The notes below the pieces were generated by a model. It made no database searches, had not been told where the DNA came from, and was given only the letters and a program-made list of their open reading frames with translations. A DNA stretch of 63,570 nucleotides, the filler included, from Octopus bimaculoides (taxonomy: Eukaryota), in assembly GCF_001194135.2 (NCBI RefSeq). It is 3 parts of 2 records of this genome, joined end to end, with 100 filler letters (N's around TTAATTAATTAA, not from the genome) between each part and the next. Parts side by side here need not be neighbours in the genome. Positions count along the whole stretch, not along the records: positions 1 to 25,341 come from NC_068995.1; positions 25,442 to 56,937 come from NC_069006.1; 1 more part is not named here. One strand, 5' to 3'. Both the position numbers and the translations under genes were made by a program. The stretch's first letter is position 1. Each line of letters begins with the position of its first letter. This document shows, in pieces, positions 13,491 through 27,517 of this stretch.

Positions 13491-14565
13491 AGATCCAACT
13501 CGACCCACGACCCACTGTTAGAAAAAATAGAATTCCTAATTTAGGCTCACAATTATTAATTTGAGTTGTGGAGAGGCTTGGTTAATTAAATCGACCCTGG
13601 TACTTGAATGGTACTTTATATTGGCCTTGAAGAGCTGAAAGACCAAAGTCACCCTTGGTGAGATTCAATTAAGAGCCATCATAAATATCACAAGGTATTT
13701 CATATGGCATGCTAACAATTCTGCTAATCCCCCACCCTCCCATTTGTTCTTGCACCACGGAAATAATAAAATTCTATTTTAAAAGAAAACTGCAAAATAT
13801 AGAGACTGAAATTTGAAATATGACATCTTCATAATAATTAAACTTCTTTTATTCAATAAAAAAGCAATTAATTTTCTGTAATTTAAATTATATTTATAGT
13901 TTCATTGTACCTAAACTCAAAAGAACATTAAGAAATGTATTTATATGTTCTAAATTTCTGTGGCTGTGTGGTTAAGAAGCTTGTTTTGCGACCGTGTTGT
14001 TTCAGGTTCAGTCCTACTGTGTGGCACTGAGGGCAAGTGTTTTCTATTATAGCCCTGGGCTAACCAATACCTTGTGAATGAATTTGGAAGATGGAAACTG
14101 TGTGGAAAACTGTTATGTATATATAAAGAACGTTCCATATTTGTATTGAGTCCTATAATTTATAGCTTTGGGTGAATCAACAGATATATATGATAAATGA
14201 TAGAGACAGGCAAATACCGGTATGTCAAATACCATACAGCAAAAATTCATAATTTATTAAAACTATCTCTCCTTCTAGAAGATGTACCAAAATTCCCAAA
14301 TATCAACTAGGGTCAGCTCCACTTTTGAAGGGGACATAATCTGAAGTTGGACAATTGTTGTGCTGATGAAGAGAGAGAGAACAAGACAGAAAAAGCGGGA
14401 ATGTTAAAATGGATGTCATATAGTAAAAACTAGGTGTACAAAAAAATGAAAAATATAAGAATCTGCATTTCTGTATTTTCTCTGTTTGTTAAATTTTCTT
14501 GTGCATGCAAATAGTGATTGTGGGTTATTTCCATATATTTTTCAATGTTTCTTTGTATTCTTCAG

Positions 14566-14617
14566 GTATCGTATGCTCGAGCAGTCAATGGAAGAAGAAG
14601 GACTTTCTGAAGAGCAG
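14566..14617 (+). CDS. STK38: STK38-like coding exon 2: (R)YRMLEQSMEEEGLSEEQ
   Basis: Acceptor tattcttcag|G completes the phase-2 Arg codon; donor CAG|gtaaat. Matches human QKKLEKVMEEEGLKDEE. Confidence 0.92.
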
Positions 14618-15771
14618 GTAAATAATAATAATAATAATAATAATAATGATGATAATGATGATAATAATTTTACTTCTTCCTTTTTTTTTTTGTAAGGCCC
14701 ATGTTGTTATTTACTTTGGGAAATTCTCTGTTTGAGTCCTCTTCGCCAGGTGTAGAAAATCTGCCTGAGTAAACTCCATCTAATTCATGCAAGCATAGAA
14801 AAATGGATATTAGAAATGATGACACTTTCTCTCTCCCGTCACACACATACAGATCATCAAAAGTATTCAATATTTAAAAAAAAATTATTTTTATAATTCT
14901 TTCCTTTAATCCATTTCATTCTGACCACTCTGCCTTCTGCCCTTGCTTCTGTGTTAGAAATATTGTTTTAGAATGTTTATATTTAAATATAAACCTTTTC
15001 TGCCAGAGCATTTCATTAAGTTATCAACTCCGAACTAAATACTATGTTTTCTGGCAGACACGTCGAATTGTTCAGACCAAGACAGAGAGCCAAAAGCCAA
15101 AAGAAAAGCAGGTTAGCTTTACACGGAGACAATTTTGGAGGACCAAAAATTTCATCCGAACGGCAACAAGATTTGGAAAGATAGCGACGTTGTTTGAATG
15201 TTAACACAATATGTTGTGTGCTAGATAATATAGTAATGAAGAATTTATCTTCTACTAAATTCCTTCCAATTCTTGATTATTTTCAAATATTAATTGAAAC
15301 CCATGGACAACCTTACTGCGTTAGTTAAATGATCACAAAAGAGTTAATCTAGCTGTTGCATCAAATTACATCTCCTCCTCCTCCTCCTCCCATACACACC
15401 TTCCCACTTTATCTCAACCTAAAGATAAAACTTAATTAGTTTTAGTGTTGTTATTTCAAAGAAAGTTGTTAGTGGTGTTGCAGTCGTGGTGGTAGTGGTA
15501 GTGATAGTGGTGGTTTCCTCGGTGTTGGCGATGGCGGTCGGTCGTTATATGACTATATGATTGTGGCCTTACTGGTTGCTGGTGTTGTTTAACCCCAGGT
15601 CAATCCTTTTTTGAGTAAACCTGCGATCAAAGACACTGCAGCCTTAATCAAGCGGTCACTTTGTTCAAACATAAGCATACCTTGGACCACATTATCCAAT
15701 GTATCAATTTCATTTTAAAGACAAAAATGTAATTTGGTTGCTATTTCTAGGTGGTGCATCACCATGTAGAG

Positions 15772-15973
15772 CAGGGATGGGCAACTTGCCCTCAACTGGG
15801 GGCCGCAGGGCCACATAATAGAACACATACGCATGAAATATTACTTGCCCACTTTACACTGAATTTTTTGCAGTTCTTCTTAATTTTATCTGTCTTAGTA
15901 TGAAATTAGTAACTTAGAATCTCGTTGAGGGCCGCGCAGCAACATATCGAGGGCCGCAGGTTGCTCAAACATG
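15772..15973. mobile_element. hAT (Charlie-like) MITE
   Basis: Starts cagggatgggcaac and ends gttgctcaaacatg; 7/8 TSD atgtagag / atttagag. Confidence 0.7.
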
Positions 15974-16459
15974 ATTTAGAGGTTCCTTCATTAGATGTGG
16001 TGGAGATGCTGGTAGTGTAAGTGAGAGTTGGTAGGTGTGATAGTTTAATGTTTTTTAGTTTAAAACCAGAGAATGGCTGAAGCCAGCTCCGAGCTAAAAT
16101 CTTTGTTTCTCCTTCCTAGTGAATGTATCGCATTTCACAGTAACATGATAGAGAGATAGATAGTGTGTATGGCAAACAGGGAGAAAAAAGTGAGGAGGAA
16201 AGATAAAATTACTTTCTTTACATAGTCCAGCTGTGATGAGTGAATTATTTGAAAACTACATCTAGTAGAGTGCTAAAGGTGGTGGTGGTGGTGGTGGTGG
16301 TTGCTGTTGCTGTAGCTTGCATTTCCCATAGTTCCTCATCCAAGCTGTTGTCTTCCTGAATTTCTCGATGAAAGGAAATGTGGTGAGGGGTCCAGAGTTA
16401 ATCCTTGTCGCCGGAATTTTAACACAAAAAAAATCCAAGGTGATTTCATCATCATCATC

Positions 16460-16960
16460 ATCATCATCATCGTCGTTTAACGTCCGCTTTCCATGCTAGC
16501 ATGGGTTGGATGATTTGACTGAGGACTGGTGAAACCAGATGGCTACACCAGGCTCCAATCTGATTTGGCAGAGTTTCTACAGCTGGATGCCCTTCCTAAC
16601 GCCAACCACTCCGAGAGTATAGTGGGTGCTTTTACGTGCCACCAGCACGAAGGCCAGTCAGGCGGTACTGGCAACGGCCATGCTCAAAATGGTGTATTTT
16701 ATGTGCCACCCACACAAGAGCCAGTCCAGGGGCACTGGCAATGATCTCGCTCGAAAGTCCTTGCACATGCCGTGAGCACAAGTGCCAGAAAGGCGTCGCT
16801 GGGCACAGATGCCATCACAATTTCGCTTTCGCTTGCCCCAATAAGTCTTCGCAAGCTGAGTTTCGTGTCTAATGAGGGAGACGACGTTGGCAGAGGTGCC
16901 AGTCATCGGATTTAGTTCGGTTTCAATTTCACTTGCCTCAACAGGTCTTCACAAGTGGAA
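16460..16960 (-). mobile_element. RTE-LINE 3'-tail copy (5'-truncated LINE or tail-sharing SINE)
   Basis: Reverse complement of the 46860-47343 3' UTR, including the (GAT)n tail. Further copies near 500, 7220, 8190, 10190, 11960, 19799, 24340, 27800, 34400, 36040, 39300, 41500 and 42160. Confidence 0.85.
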
Positions 16961-18171
16961 GTTTAGTTTATTAATACAAAACTCAATATCCACTAAATAA
17001 ATAATCATACTTTTTCACATTTTCTTCGTTAAAAGCCTTCTTGATTACCTCCTTTGTAACCCCGAAAAGCATTGTGACCATTGGTTCAGCCGTTTGACCG
17101 TGGAAAGGGAAAAGATGGACAGACGGACATAATGCCTATTATAGTAAGATTATTATTATCATTGTCATTATGGCAACAAGCTGGCAAAATCGTATGCTGG
17201 GGTTGATGTAATTAACTAGTCCCCACCCCTAAAATTTCAGGCCTTGTGCCTTTAGTAGAAGGGATTATTATTATTATTGGTGAGCTGGTAGAATTGTTAG
17301 GACGCTGGACAAAATGCTTAGCAATACTTTACCCGTTGTTACATTCTGAGTTCAAATTCCGCCGAGGTCAACTTTCCTTTTCATCCTTTCGGGGGTTGAT
17401 GAAATAAGTACCATTTGAGTACTGGGTAGGGGTCGGGGTCGATGTAATCAACTAGTCCCCTCCCTTAAAATCTCAGACCTTGTATCTATAGTAGAGAGGA
17501 GGGTGTGAAGCTGGCAAAATTATTGGCACACCTGGCGAAATGCCGCCAAGGTTGACTTTGCCTTTCATCCTTTCGGGGTCGATTTAATAAGTACCAGTTA
17601 CGGACTGGGTTGACGTAATTGCCTTAAATCCTCTCTCTGTCCTTGTTTGTCCCCTCTATATTTAGCCCCCTGGGGGCAATAAAGAAATAAATTATTATTA
17701 TTATGAATGTGGGGAAAAATTAATGTTGTGCCGTCGGAGAAGGGACTAAAGTTGTGATGTAACTTTGGAAGAAGTTAGTGTGTCATTCTGTGTGACCTTG
17801 GGCAAAGTACACATCATTTCTGGGCATCTTTGGAACATCTGTCTCTGTTAAATCTGGCTGAATGTCAGCCAGGCTCTCTAAAGTGAAGGCGTGGGGTGGG
17901 GTGCAGTGTTGCTATGATAGTGGTGGTGGTGGCTTGTTGGCTGGTTGGGGTGTTGCTGTGGTTCTGTAGTTTGATAACTGTAGTGCCAAAAATGTGACTG
18001 AACAGGCATTGATGAGTTTTAGTTTGCTAATTAGGATCGTTAAACCGTTTTTCTAGAGGATGGTGATAGTGGTGGTGGTGGTGGTGGTGGTGGTGATTGT
18101 GGGGGTGGGTGGCAGTGGAATACAGATGGCTGAGTGAGAAGTGAGATGGAATCCTTGAAAGTGCTAGAATG

Positions 18172-18205
<34 letters not shown>

Positions 18206-19056
18206 GAGAAGAAAAAGAGAGAGAGAGATTGTAAGTATATTGAGGGAAGGAGAAAGATTAAGTGTTTATGGGAGAGGAGAGAGAAGAGGAAAGACAGATG
18301 ATGATGAGGGAGAGAAAGAGAGAGAGAGCTTGAGTTCCATGAGGTTGTTCAGTTATCTCCATTGCCATATGGCCTCCTTCTCTCCTGTCTTCCATGCACC
18401 CCCACCACCACCATCATACACCTATCTCCTCTCCCTCCCACTTGACTGCTTTCTAACAACTTCCCCCCCTCTCTTTCTTTCACTCCTCTGCCACCTCCAC
18501 CTGTTCCTTCCCTCCTCCTCCTCTCACTGACATAATTAGAAACCAGTCTTGCTTCACTGAAATTTTGCTGTTTACATATTTAGATGTGGACATCTCCCTC
18601 CTCAACCCACCACATTCATCATATCTATATATATATATGTACACACACACACACATGCACATTTACATGTACACTCACTCACACACATTTATACATACAC
18701 ACACACACACGCACACACACACACACGCACATTTACGTGTACACTCACTCACACACATTTATACACACACATGCATGCACTGACACATGCTGCACACACA
18801 CATACACACACACACTGACACACGCACACACTGACACACACACACAACTAACATTCACACACAGTGACAAACATGCACACACACATATGGGCTTACTGAC
18901 ACACACATACAGACACACACACTAACACACTCACACAGTCGTTGTCTCATATACACACACATACACTCTTTCTCACACATTGACACACTCATTCATGCAC
19001 TTTTTTCACCACAAACACATACACACACTGACACACACACACACAACTAACATTCA

Positions 19057-19087
<31 letters not shown>

Positions 19088-19798
19088 ACAGTCGTTGTCT
19101 CATACACACACACACACTCTTTCGCACACATTGACACACACTCATTTATGCACTTTTTCACCACACACACACACACACACACACACACATTTACACCCCT
19201 CTCTCTCACACACACACATGCATGTACTTTCAAACTTACACTCACAGATACACAGTGACTGCTGATCAAGCTTATTTATAACATGCAAGAATTAAAAATA
19301 CAACATGAAGCAGTGTATGGCAGAGAAATCAGGTGGTTAATCTCCCTCCCACACTATCTTTCTATTCAATGTCGTTATTGGCAATGTGAGGGTTGGTGGC
19401 AGTGAGGTGATGAAGTATCTTATATTTACTCTATGTATATGCATGCGGCCCAAACAGGCCGAATTGCTTCTGGTGGTGCTCTTGCTGGCTGCTGTTGGGA
19501 TGAATTTTCATCTATTTCTGATAAGTTATTGTGGTTTTAATACAGCAAGTCCATAAAGAGATGCTGCCTCAGGATAAATACTATGGTAACTGGCATATCG
19601 GCATTGTGTATATACATTGTGTATGAGACACGGATGGCTATTTATGTGTGAAATATATATGGAGTGGCCGTGTGGTAAGAAGATTAACTTCCAAACCACA
19701 TGGTTCTGGGTTCAGTCCCACTGCATGACACCTTGGGCAAGTGTCTTCTACTATAGCTCTGGGTCAACCAATGCCTTGTAACTGGATTTGGTAGACGG

Positions 19799-20030
19799 AG
19801 TGAGATCGCTGCCAGTGCCCCTTGACTGGCTCTTGTGCGGGTGGCACATAAAATACACCATTTTGAGCGTGACCGTTGCCAGTACCGCCTGACTGGCCTT
19901 TGCGCCGGTGGCATGTAAAAGCACCCACTACACTCTTGGAGCCTGGTGTTGCCATCTGGTTTCACCAGTCCTCAGTCAAATCGTCCAACCCATGCTAGCA
20001 TGGAAAGCGGACGTTAAACGATGATGATGT
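19799..20030 (+). mobile_element. RTE-LINE 3'-tail copy nested inside a family-2 SINE (about 19660-20190)
   Basis: The SINE head stops at ggtagacgga (about 19798) and the SINE body resumes after the (GAT)n tail. Confidence 0.8.
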
Positions 20031-20032
20031 GA

Positions 20033-20068
<36 letters not shown>

Positions 20069-21986
20069 TTTGTGTCTGTGTTTGTCCCCCACACCATTGC
20101 TTGACAACCAATGCCGGTGTGTTTATGTCCCTGTAACTTAGCAGTTTAGCAAAAGAGATCAATAGAATAAGTACTAAGCTTACGAAGAAACACCGAGTTA
20201 GAAGAAGGTTACAATACATTTGGCACATCTTTAAGTGTAGATCTACTGGTTCAGATCTGACTTTGGGTTAACCCTTTAATGTTTAAACCAGCCATGTCTG
20301 GCCCAGCTATTCTACCTGTTTTATGTTCAAACTGCCCAGACTTGGCCTCTCCTGCCTCCCTTACTTTATCATTCTAAAAATAAACAATTGAAATCTCAAA
20401 GCTATAAGCTAATGCATGATTAACTGCTTAGCATTTCAACCAGCCATATCTGGCCCAAATATTCTATGTTCTTTTATGTTTAAACTAGCTATATCTGGTC
20501 TCTCTACTCTACTGTGTTATTCTAAAAATATACAATCACGTCACTGAAATCTTGAAGCTACGAAATAATGCATGGTTAATTCAAACGTATGTGAGTAAGT
20601 AAGAATTACATTTGACAAATTAATTTGAATGCTAAAAAGATAAGAATAAAAATATTTCAATGCCAGAAGTGAATTGACAATTCTGGAACCAGAAAGATGT
20701 ATTTGACCTTTTGAAACCACCTGAGATCCCAGTTGGTCCTGTGATACACAACTGCCTTATTAACACAGTCATATAAGGCAGTAAGCTGGCAAAATCTTTA
20801 CCACATGGGAAAAATGCTTCATGTTTTTAGTTCAAATTCTGCTAAGGTTGACTTTTTCCTACCATCCTTTCGGGGCTGATAAAATAAGTACCAGTTGAGC
20901 ACTGGGTATCAATATAATCAATACACCATCTCCTCCGACATTTCAGGCCTTGTGCCAAAATATTACATACATACATTACATACACACATTACATAATACA
21001 TTACATATGTACATTACATACATTACATAATGCATACATTACATAATACACACATATATTACATAGATTCATACATTCGTACATTACGTACATACATTAC
21101 ACGCATTACATTACATACATTCATACATACCATTACACTCATACATGCATACACGACATACATATATGGCAGATATTACACACATACATTACACACTTTA
21201 CATACATACATACACACACTACATTCATGCATTACATACATAGGCACATTGCATTCATAAATTACATAGACACGCTACATACATGCATTACATACATTCA
21301 TATGACAAGCTTCTTTCAGTTTCCATCTACCAAGTCCACGTACAAAGGCCTTGGTTGACCTATTGTAGAAGACACTTGTCCATGGTGCCATGCAATGAAA
21401 TTGAACCCAAGGCCACATGGTTGGGAAGCCAGCTTCTCAACCACACAGCCATGCCTGCCAACTATGCAAACAATAATTGTATCAAAGCCCCTAAATATTC
21501 ATGATTTAAGTCAGAATTAATTAAAACACGGAGGCGGTGCATTTCGCGAGTAGTATGGATGGTCATGGAAGGGTTACAGATTAATCACTCGAATTGCAAG
21601 AATAGGTGTCAGGGTTAGGGAGTAGTGGATGGGAAATGTACACAAATTCAACTTCCCTTCCCATACCTGCACTAGTTTTTGTGTGTGTGTATATGTGTGT
21701 GTATATATGTGTGTGTGTGTGTGTTTGATATTTAAAAAGGAGGTCAGATCATGTTAGATATTCACACTTTCTCATGTCACATCTTCTGTTTGTGGAACTC
21801 TTTAGTTAAAAAAGAGAGAAAATTTCTGATTTGTTTTCTCTACCACTCGCACACTCACTCTCTCTCTATCTTTCTCTCTCTCTCTCTCTCACTCTCTTGT
21901 CAGAGAGGTGGAGGAATCAGAAACAAACGGATGTCATTTCTGTTTCTCTTCTCTTTCCCTACCTGAACTCTATCTCTCTCTGTCTT

Positions 21987-22069
<83 letters not shown>

Positions 22070-22690
22070 CACACGACACACATGCACACACAAATGCGCA
22101 TGCACACACACACATACATGTGCACACACTTTTACCATTTGGTTGGAGAGTAAGTAAATTCAGGCATCCAGTTGACCGAGTTGCTGGGAACATCACCACC
22201 ACCACCAGCACCACCTTCATCATCATCATCATCATCATCATCACTGATCAAGTTATTCAGGTTTGCTACTGAGCTGTTTGCATAATTTGGGCTTTGGCAC
22301 GTTCGTCTTTTAGGAGAAGGTCCAGTGTATGTGTGTGTTTGAGTGTGGAGTGGGGTGATGGACGTAACCCTGCTCCTCAGGAGCAGAAAAAAAAATGTCA
22401 CTGTTATAATAATGATGTTGTTGTGTGTATGGTTTTGGCTAAAATCAATCATTTTACATTTTCTGCCAATCACCCAAACTAACTTGTTTAGAACTAAAAA
22501 AGTTACATGTATAAGTTGGTACTTTAGATGTTGCTGCTACTGTTATTGTTTAACCCCAGGTCAACTTAAATTGAGCTGATTGAAGATGAGAAGTGTTCAT
22601 ATTAAATTAATGGGTTACTGGGCTTTCTTACTTGTTGTATATATCAGCAAAGCTATTGCCCTTGGTATTGGAGGGTGAGTCATCTATATA

Positions 22691-23045
22691 CAGGGTTATT
22701 CAAAAAGAATGAACCGATTTCATTACACAATATTATGATAAGGAAAAGAAATAGAAAACTCCAGCTAAGTCACAAGTATTTACTCACAATCAACTTTTAT
22801 TTCCTGCCTTACAAATGTTCAAGGTGGCCACCACCTGCAGCGATGGGCAACATCAGTGCGATAAGAGAATTCCTTCTAGATGCATATCAGCATATCATGA
22901 TCCACTGAGTTGATTGCTGTTGTTATTTGGTGTTTAAAGTCATCGAAGTTAGTGGGTAGCAGTGGAACATAGACGCAATCCTTTACATATCCCCACAAGA
23001 AAAAAATCACACACGATGAGGTCTAGGGATCTTGCAGGCCAAATG
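22691..23045 (-). mobile_element. Tc1/mariner-superfamily transposase 3' fragment with terminal repeat
   Basis: Minus strand reads WPARSLDLIVCDFFLWGYVKDCVYVP (WPxRSPDLxPxDFFLWG motif). The terminus is TA|CAGGGTTATTCAAAAAG. Confidence 0.8.
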
Positions 23046-24111
23046 TCTGGGAGGAATTCTTTTATTGTATTGATGTTGTCTGTGAAAGCGCCCCCCCCCC
23101 CAAATAAAAAAAAACTGAAACAAACTTAAGTACTGGAGTTGATGTGTACAACTAAAACCCTTCAAGGTGGTGCTTCAGCATGGCTGCAATCCAATGACTG
23201 AAACAAGCAGAAGATGATAGATAATAACCTCTCAGAAACAAAAGGTAAAAACGTGGCCCACACACACATGCACGCACACACACACACACACACACACTAG
23301 TGACACTGGTAGTAAAGTAACACGGAGGTGTTTATTTCCTTACGCTGTTCTCTTGACAGAGGATTTCCTTGATGCTATGCAAGTGTTTCATCTTCTTTAC
23401 ATAGACGCGATTGAAAGGCGGTGGTGTGGTTAGTTCTTCAGTGAATGTAAACAGAGTGAAGTTTGAATCTGTTGCCAATGAATAAGTCAAGCTACTTCTG
23501 TCTAACACCTTTTCACGTCTTTAATGCCACAAGCAAGCAATAGGCAAAGCGTTTAGAAAGTCACTTCATTCGCTGTTGAGTTGAAGAAAATATTCTGTTA
23601 TTTTGGCAAAGTGTGTAAAGAAAAAGAAAAAGAAAAAAACAACAAATGTGAGATAAAGAAACAAACAAAAATAGATTAAAAGAAAATAAAATGATTTTAC
23701 CAGTGAAGTATAAGGAGACAGGCATGGTTGTGTAGTTATGAAGTTTGCTTCCTAACCACATGGATCTGGGTTTGATCTCAGCATACAGTACCTTAGAGTT
23801 TTCTACGTAGCCTTGGGTCCACCTGTGCTTTGTGAATGGGGTTCAGTGGGTGGAAAATGCGTGGACTTTCTGTCTCTCTCTATCGTGATCATCATTGTCA
23901 CTGTCATTTAATGTCCGTCTTTCTATGCTTGATGGGTGAGCCTGATGGAATTTGTTGAGAGCAACTTTCTATGGCTTGGTGCTTCTGTTGCCAACACTCA
24001 CCTGTTTCCATGCAAGTTGATGTTTGACAGTAACCAGACATGTTTTTACGGAAGGCTGGAAATGATGGTCACCACTTGCATGATGGTAATCTTTATTCAA
24101 TGTTATGGTGT

Positions 24112-24205
<94 letters not shown>

Positions 24206-25341
24206 ACACAACGTTGACCTTGTTACACTTGACTAGAGTGGAACATCCAGGAGGTGACAGCTGGAGAAAGAGATGACCATCATCATTGTCATCATCGTCA
24301 TTGTTGTTGTCACTGTCATCACCATCACCATCGTCATCATCACCATCATCATTTAACGTCCTCCTCCTTCCATGCTGGCACGGGTTGGCCATTTTCGACA
24401 GGAGCTGGCCAGGCAGAAAGAAGCCTGCACCGTACTCCTGTGTTTGTTTGGCATGGTAATCTGATTGCTGAAGGGTTTAAATAATTAAATGAAATCCAGG
24501 GACTTGTACCTTAGTACAAATGATACAGGTTTATTAATACCGTACTGTGCACGCTACTAGTCTGTTCAAGTAACTAGTCAGGCAGCCACAGAAATTTAAA
24601 GCCCCTGATTGTAAATTAGTATGGAATATAAGAGGCTCCAGGCTACCAGTGTTTGGAGCGTTGGTGTTGTACCTGCATTTGTGAATATATGTAGTGCGTA
24701 ATATGTGTCTTTTAACAATATATATATACTGGTGAAAGAGGTAAACATTTGCATGAAAATCAATAAACTGGTTCTTTCAAACAAAAATAGGTTGCATGGT
24801 TGCTGTTTCACCCAAGTTCTGCTGATTCTGTCTCGTAACTTCTCGACCTTATAAATGCAGCAAACCACTGATTGGTCTTTTGGAAACCTGTTACCAGCAC
24901 CACCACCGGGCAAGAAATTATTTTTGAAAAATATCAAATCAAATAGTAATAATACTCTTTTTACTCTTTTACTTGTTTCAGTCTTTTGACTGTGGCCATG
25001 CTGGAGCACCGCCTTTAGTCAAGCAACTCGACCCCAGGACTTATTCTTTGGAAAAACCTAGTACTTATTCTATCGGTCTCTTTTTGCTGAACCGCTAAGT
25101 TACGGGGACGCAAACACACCAGCATCAGTTGTCAAGTGATGGTGGGGGGACAAACACACACACAAACATACATACATAGATATATATATATACATATATA
25201 CGACGGGCTTCTTTCAGTTTCCGTCTACCAAATCCACTCAAGGCTTTGGTGGGCCCGAGGCTATAGTAGAAGACACTTGCCCAAGGTGCCATGCAGTGGG
25301 ACTGAACCTGGAACCATGTGGTTGGTAAGCAAGCTACTTAC

Positions 25342-25441
25342 NNNNNNNNNNNNNNNNNNNNNNNNNNNNNNNNNNNNNNNNNNNNTTAATTAATTAANNN
25401 NNNNNNNNNNNNNNNNNNNNNNNNNNNNNNNNNNNNNNNNN
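25342..25441. other. Artificial scaffold spacer (44 N + TTAATTAATTAA + 44 N)
   Basis: Exactly 100 bp; the palindromic 12-mer puts a stop in all six frames; identical layout at 56938-57037. Confidence 0.92.
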
Positions 25442-26030
25442 ATATATATATATATATATATAAATAATAAAGGAGTTATGACGCAAAAACGTATATATTC
25501 AAATGAACATATTTATCTTCTTCAATATATATTTCAGTATAAAGAATTCATTAAGAGACTTAATAAATCAAAATTTCTTTACACATCTTCAGGAATAAAT
25601 ATAACATCAGAAAAACTACATTCGGTTTAAAAATACAAACCGTTCATGGCGAAAATATTTCACAATTACAAAAACCGAACAAAATTTTTTAAGTTTTAGC
25701 AAAAAGAACGCTATTACCTATATGCACGCATCTGCGTGTGCGCCTGTACACACACGCACACACGTTCATGTGCGCACACACATGCACGCTCACATGCATA
25801 TGCATGCATACACAAGCAAGCAAAATTCACAAGTCATAAACACATACAGACATACACACACACACACATATACACACACGCACATACATCCACATATATA
25901 TATTATTATTAATATAACCAAAAGGATCGATTCTTGAAGAGTCTGCATACCTTCACTGTCGTTTTTTTCTGCTATTTTGGTGATGATTTTTTGAGTTAGC
26001 TTACCAATTATTTTTGTTGGTAGTTAATTC

Positions 26031-26061
<31 letters not shown>

Positions 26062-26269
26062 NNNNNNNNNNNNNNNNNNNNNNNNNNNNNNNNNNNNNNN
26101 NNNNNNNNNNNNNNNNNNNNNNNNNNNNNNNNNNNNNNNNNNNNNNNNNNNNNNNNNNNNNNNNNNNNNNNNNNNNNNNNNNNNNNNNNNNNNNNNNNNN
26201 NNNNNNNNNNNNNNNNNNNNNNNNNNNNNNNNNNNNNNNNNNNNNNNNNNNNNNNNNNNNNNNNTATTC

Positions 26270-26676
26270 TTTTCTTTTATTTGTTTCAGTCATTTGACTT
26301 CAGCCATGCTGGAGCACCGCCTTTAGTCGAACAAATTGACCCCAGGACTTATTCTTTGTAAGCCTAGTACTTATTCAATCGGTCTCTTTTTGCCGAACCA
26401 CTAATTTATGGGGACGTGAACACACCAACATCGGTTGTCAAGTGATGGTGGTGGTGGTGGGGGGGAAACACAGACACACAAACACACACACACACACACA
26501 TACACACACACATATATATACAACGGGCTTCTTTCAGTTTCTGTCTACCAAATCCATTGACAAGGCTTTGGTCAGCCCAAGGCTATAGTAGAAGACACTT
26601 GTCCAAGGTGCCACGCAGTGGGACTGAACCCGGAACCATGTGGTTGGTAAGCAAGCTACTTACCACACAGGCACTC
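26270..26676 (-). mobile_element. tRNA-derived SINE (family 2)
   Basis: Collinear with 8392-8764 and 24955-25341. Confidence 0.85.
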
Positions 26677-27084
26677 CATATGCATATATGGGTACAGGAC
26701 TTCACCAACTATGTAAACAACATGAAGTATGAAAACAAACGAGTTAAATACGCAAACAACAAGGGAAAAAATGGAAAACAGGACAAGTAAACACAGACAA
26801 TGACCCTTAATCAGTTGTTGGCTGTCTCTCTACCCCTTATTTTGAGCATTCAACACAAACACTCACGCTTTCATTTTAGTCCATTTTCCCATGCTTAGCC
26901 TTTCTGATACAAGCTCCTATTTCTTTTTTGAAGTAAAGGATAACATATTTTACTGATTTCATCGACTAAAAATGTAAACAAGCATGCACATGTGCACACA
27001 TTCATACATGCATGTACACACGTATATGCATGCACATCCATAGGTGTATATAAATATGTATGCATATGTATGAGTGTGTGTGTG

Positions 27085-27128
<44 letters not shown>

Positions 27129-27224
27129 GAGAGAGAGATAGATACATTAATGTATATATAAATATATATAGAGAGATATGTCTATATATAAATGTATATG
27201 TATCTATCTATCTATTCATATATA

Positions 27225-27258
<34 letters not shown>

Positions 27259-27359
27259 CACTTCGTGATGCCCTTCCTACCATAACTCTCCATCTGTGTC
27301 CAAGTGGGGCAATATTTCTTCATGGCCAAACACAAAAATATATATACATTGATAGATAG

Positions 27360-27392
<33 letters not shown>

Positions 27393-27478
27393 CATATNNN
27401 NNNNNNNNNNNNNNNNNNNNNNNNNNNNNNNNNNNNNNNNNNNNNNNNNNNNNNNNNNNNNNNNNNNNNNNNNNNNNN

Positions 27479-27517
<39 letters not shown>

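Noticed and set aside
22132-22473. ORF with SPKRR, poly-D and poly-G that looks like a disordered protein exon
   Set aside because: Built largely on (GAT)n, (GGT)n and (CA)n tracts; its splice phase does not match the candidate exon at 23344; no recognisable family.
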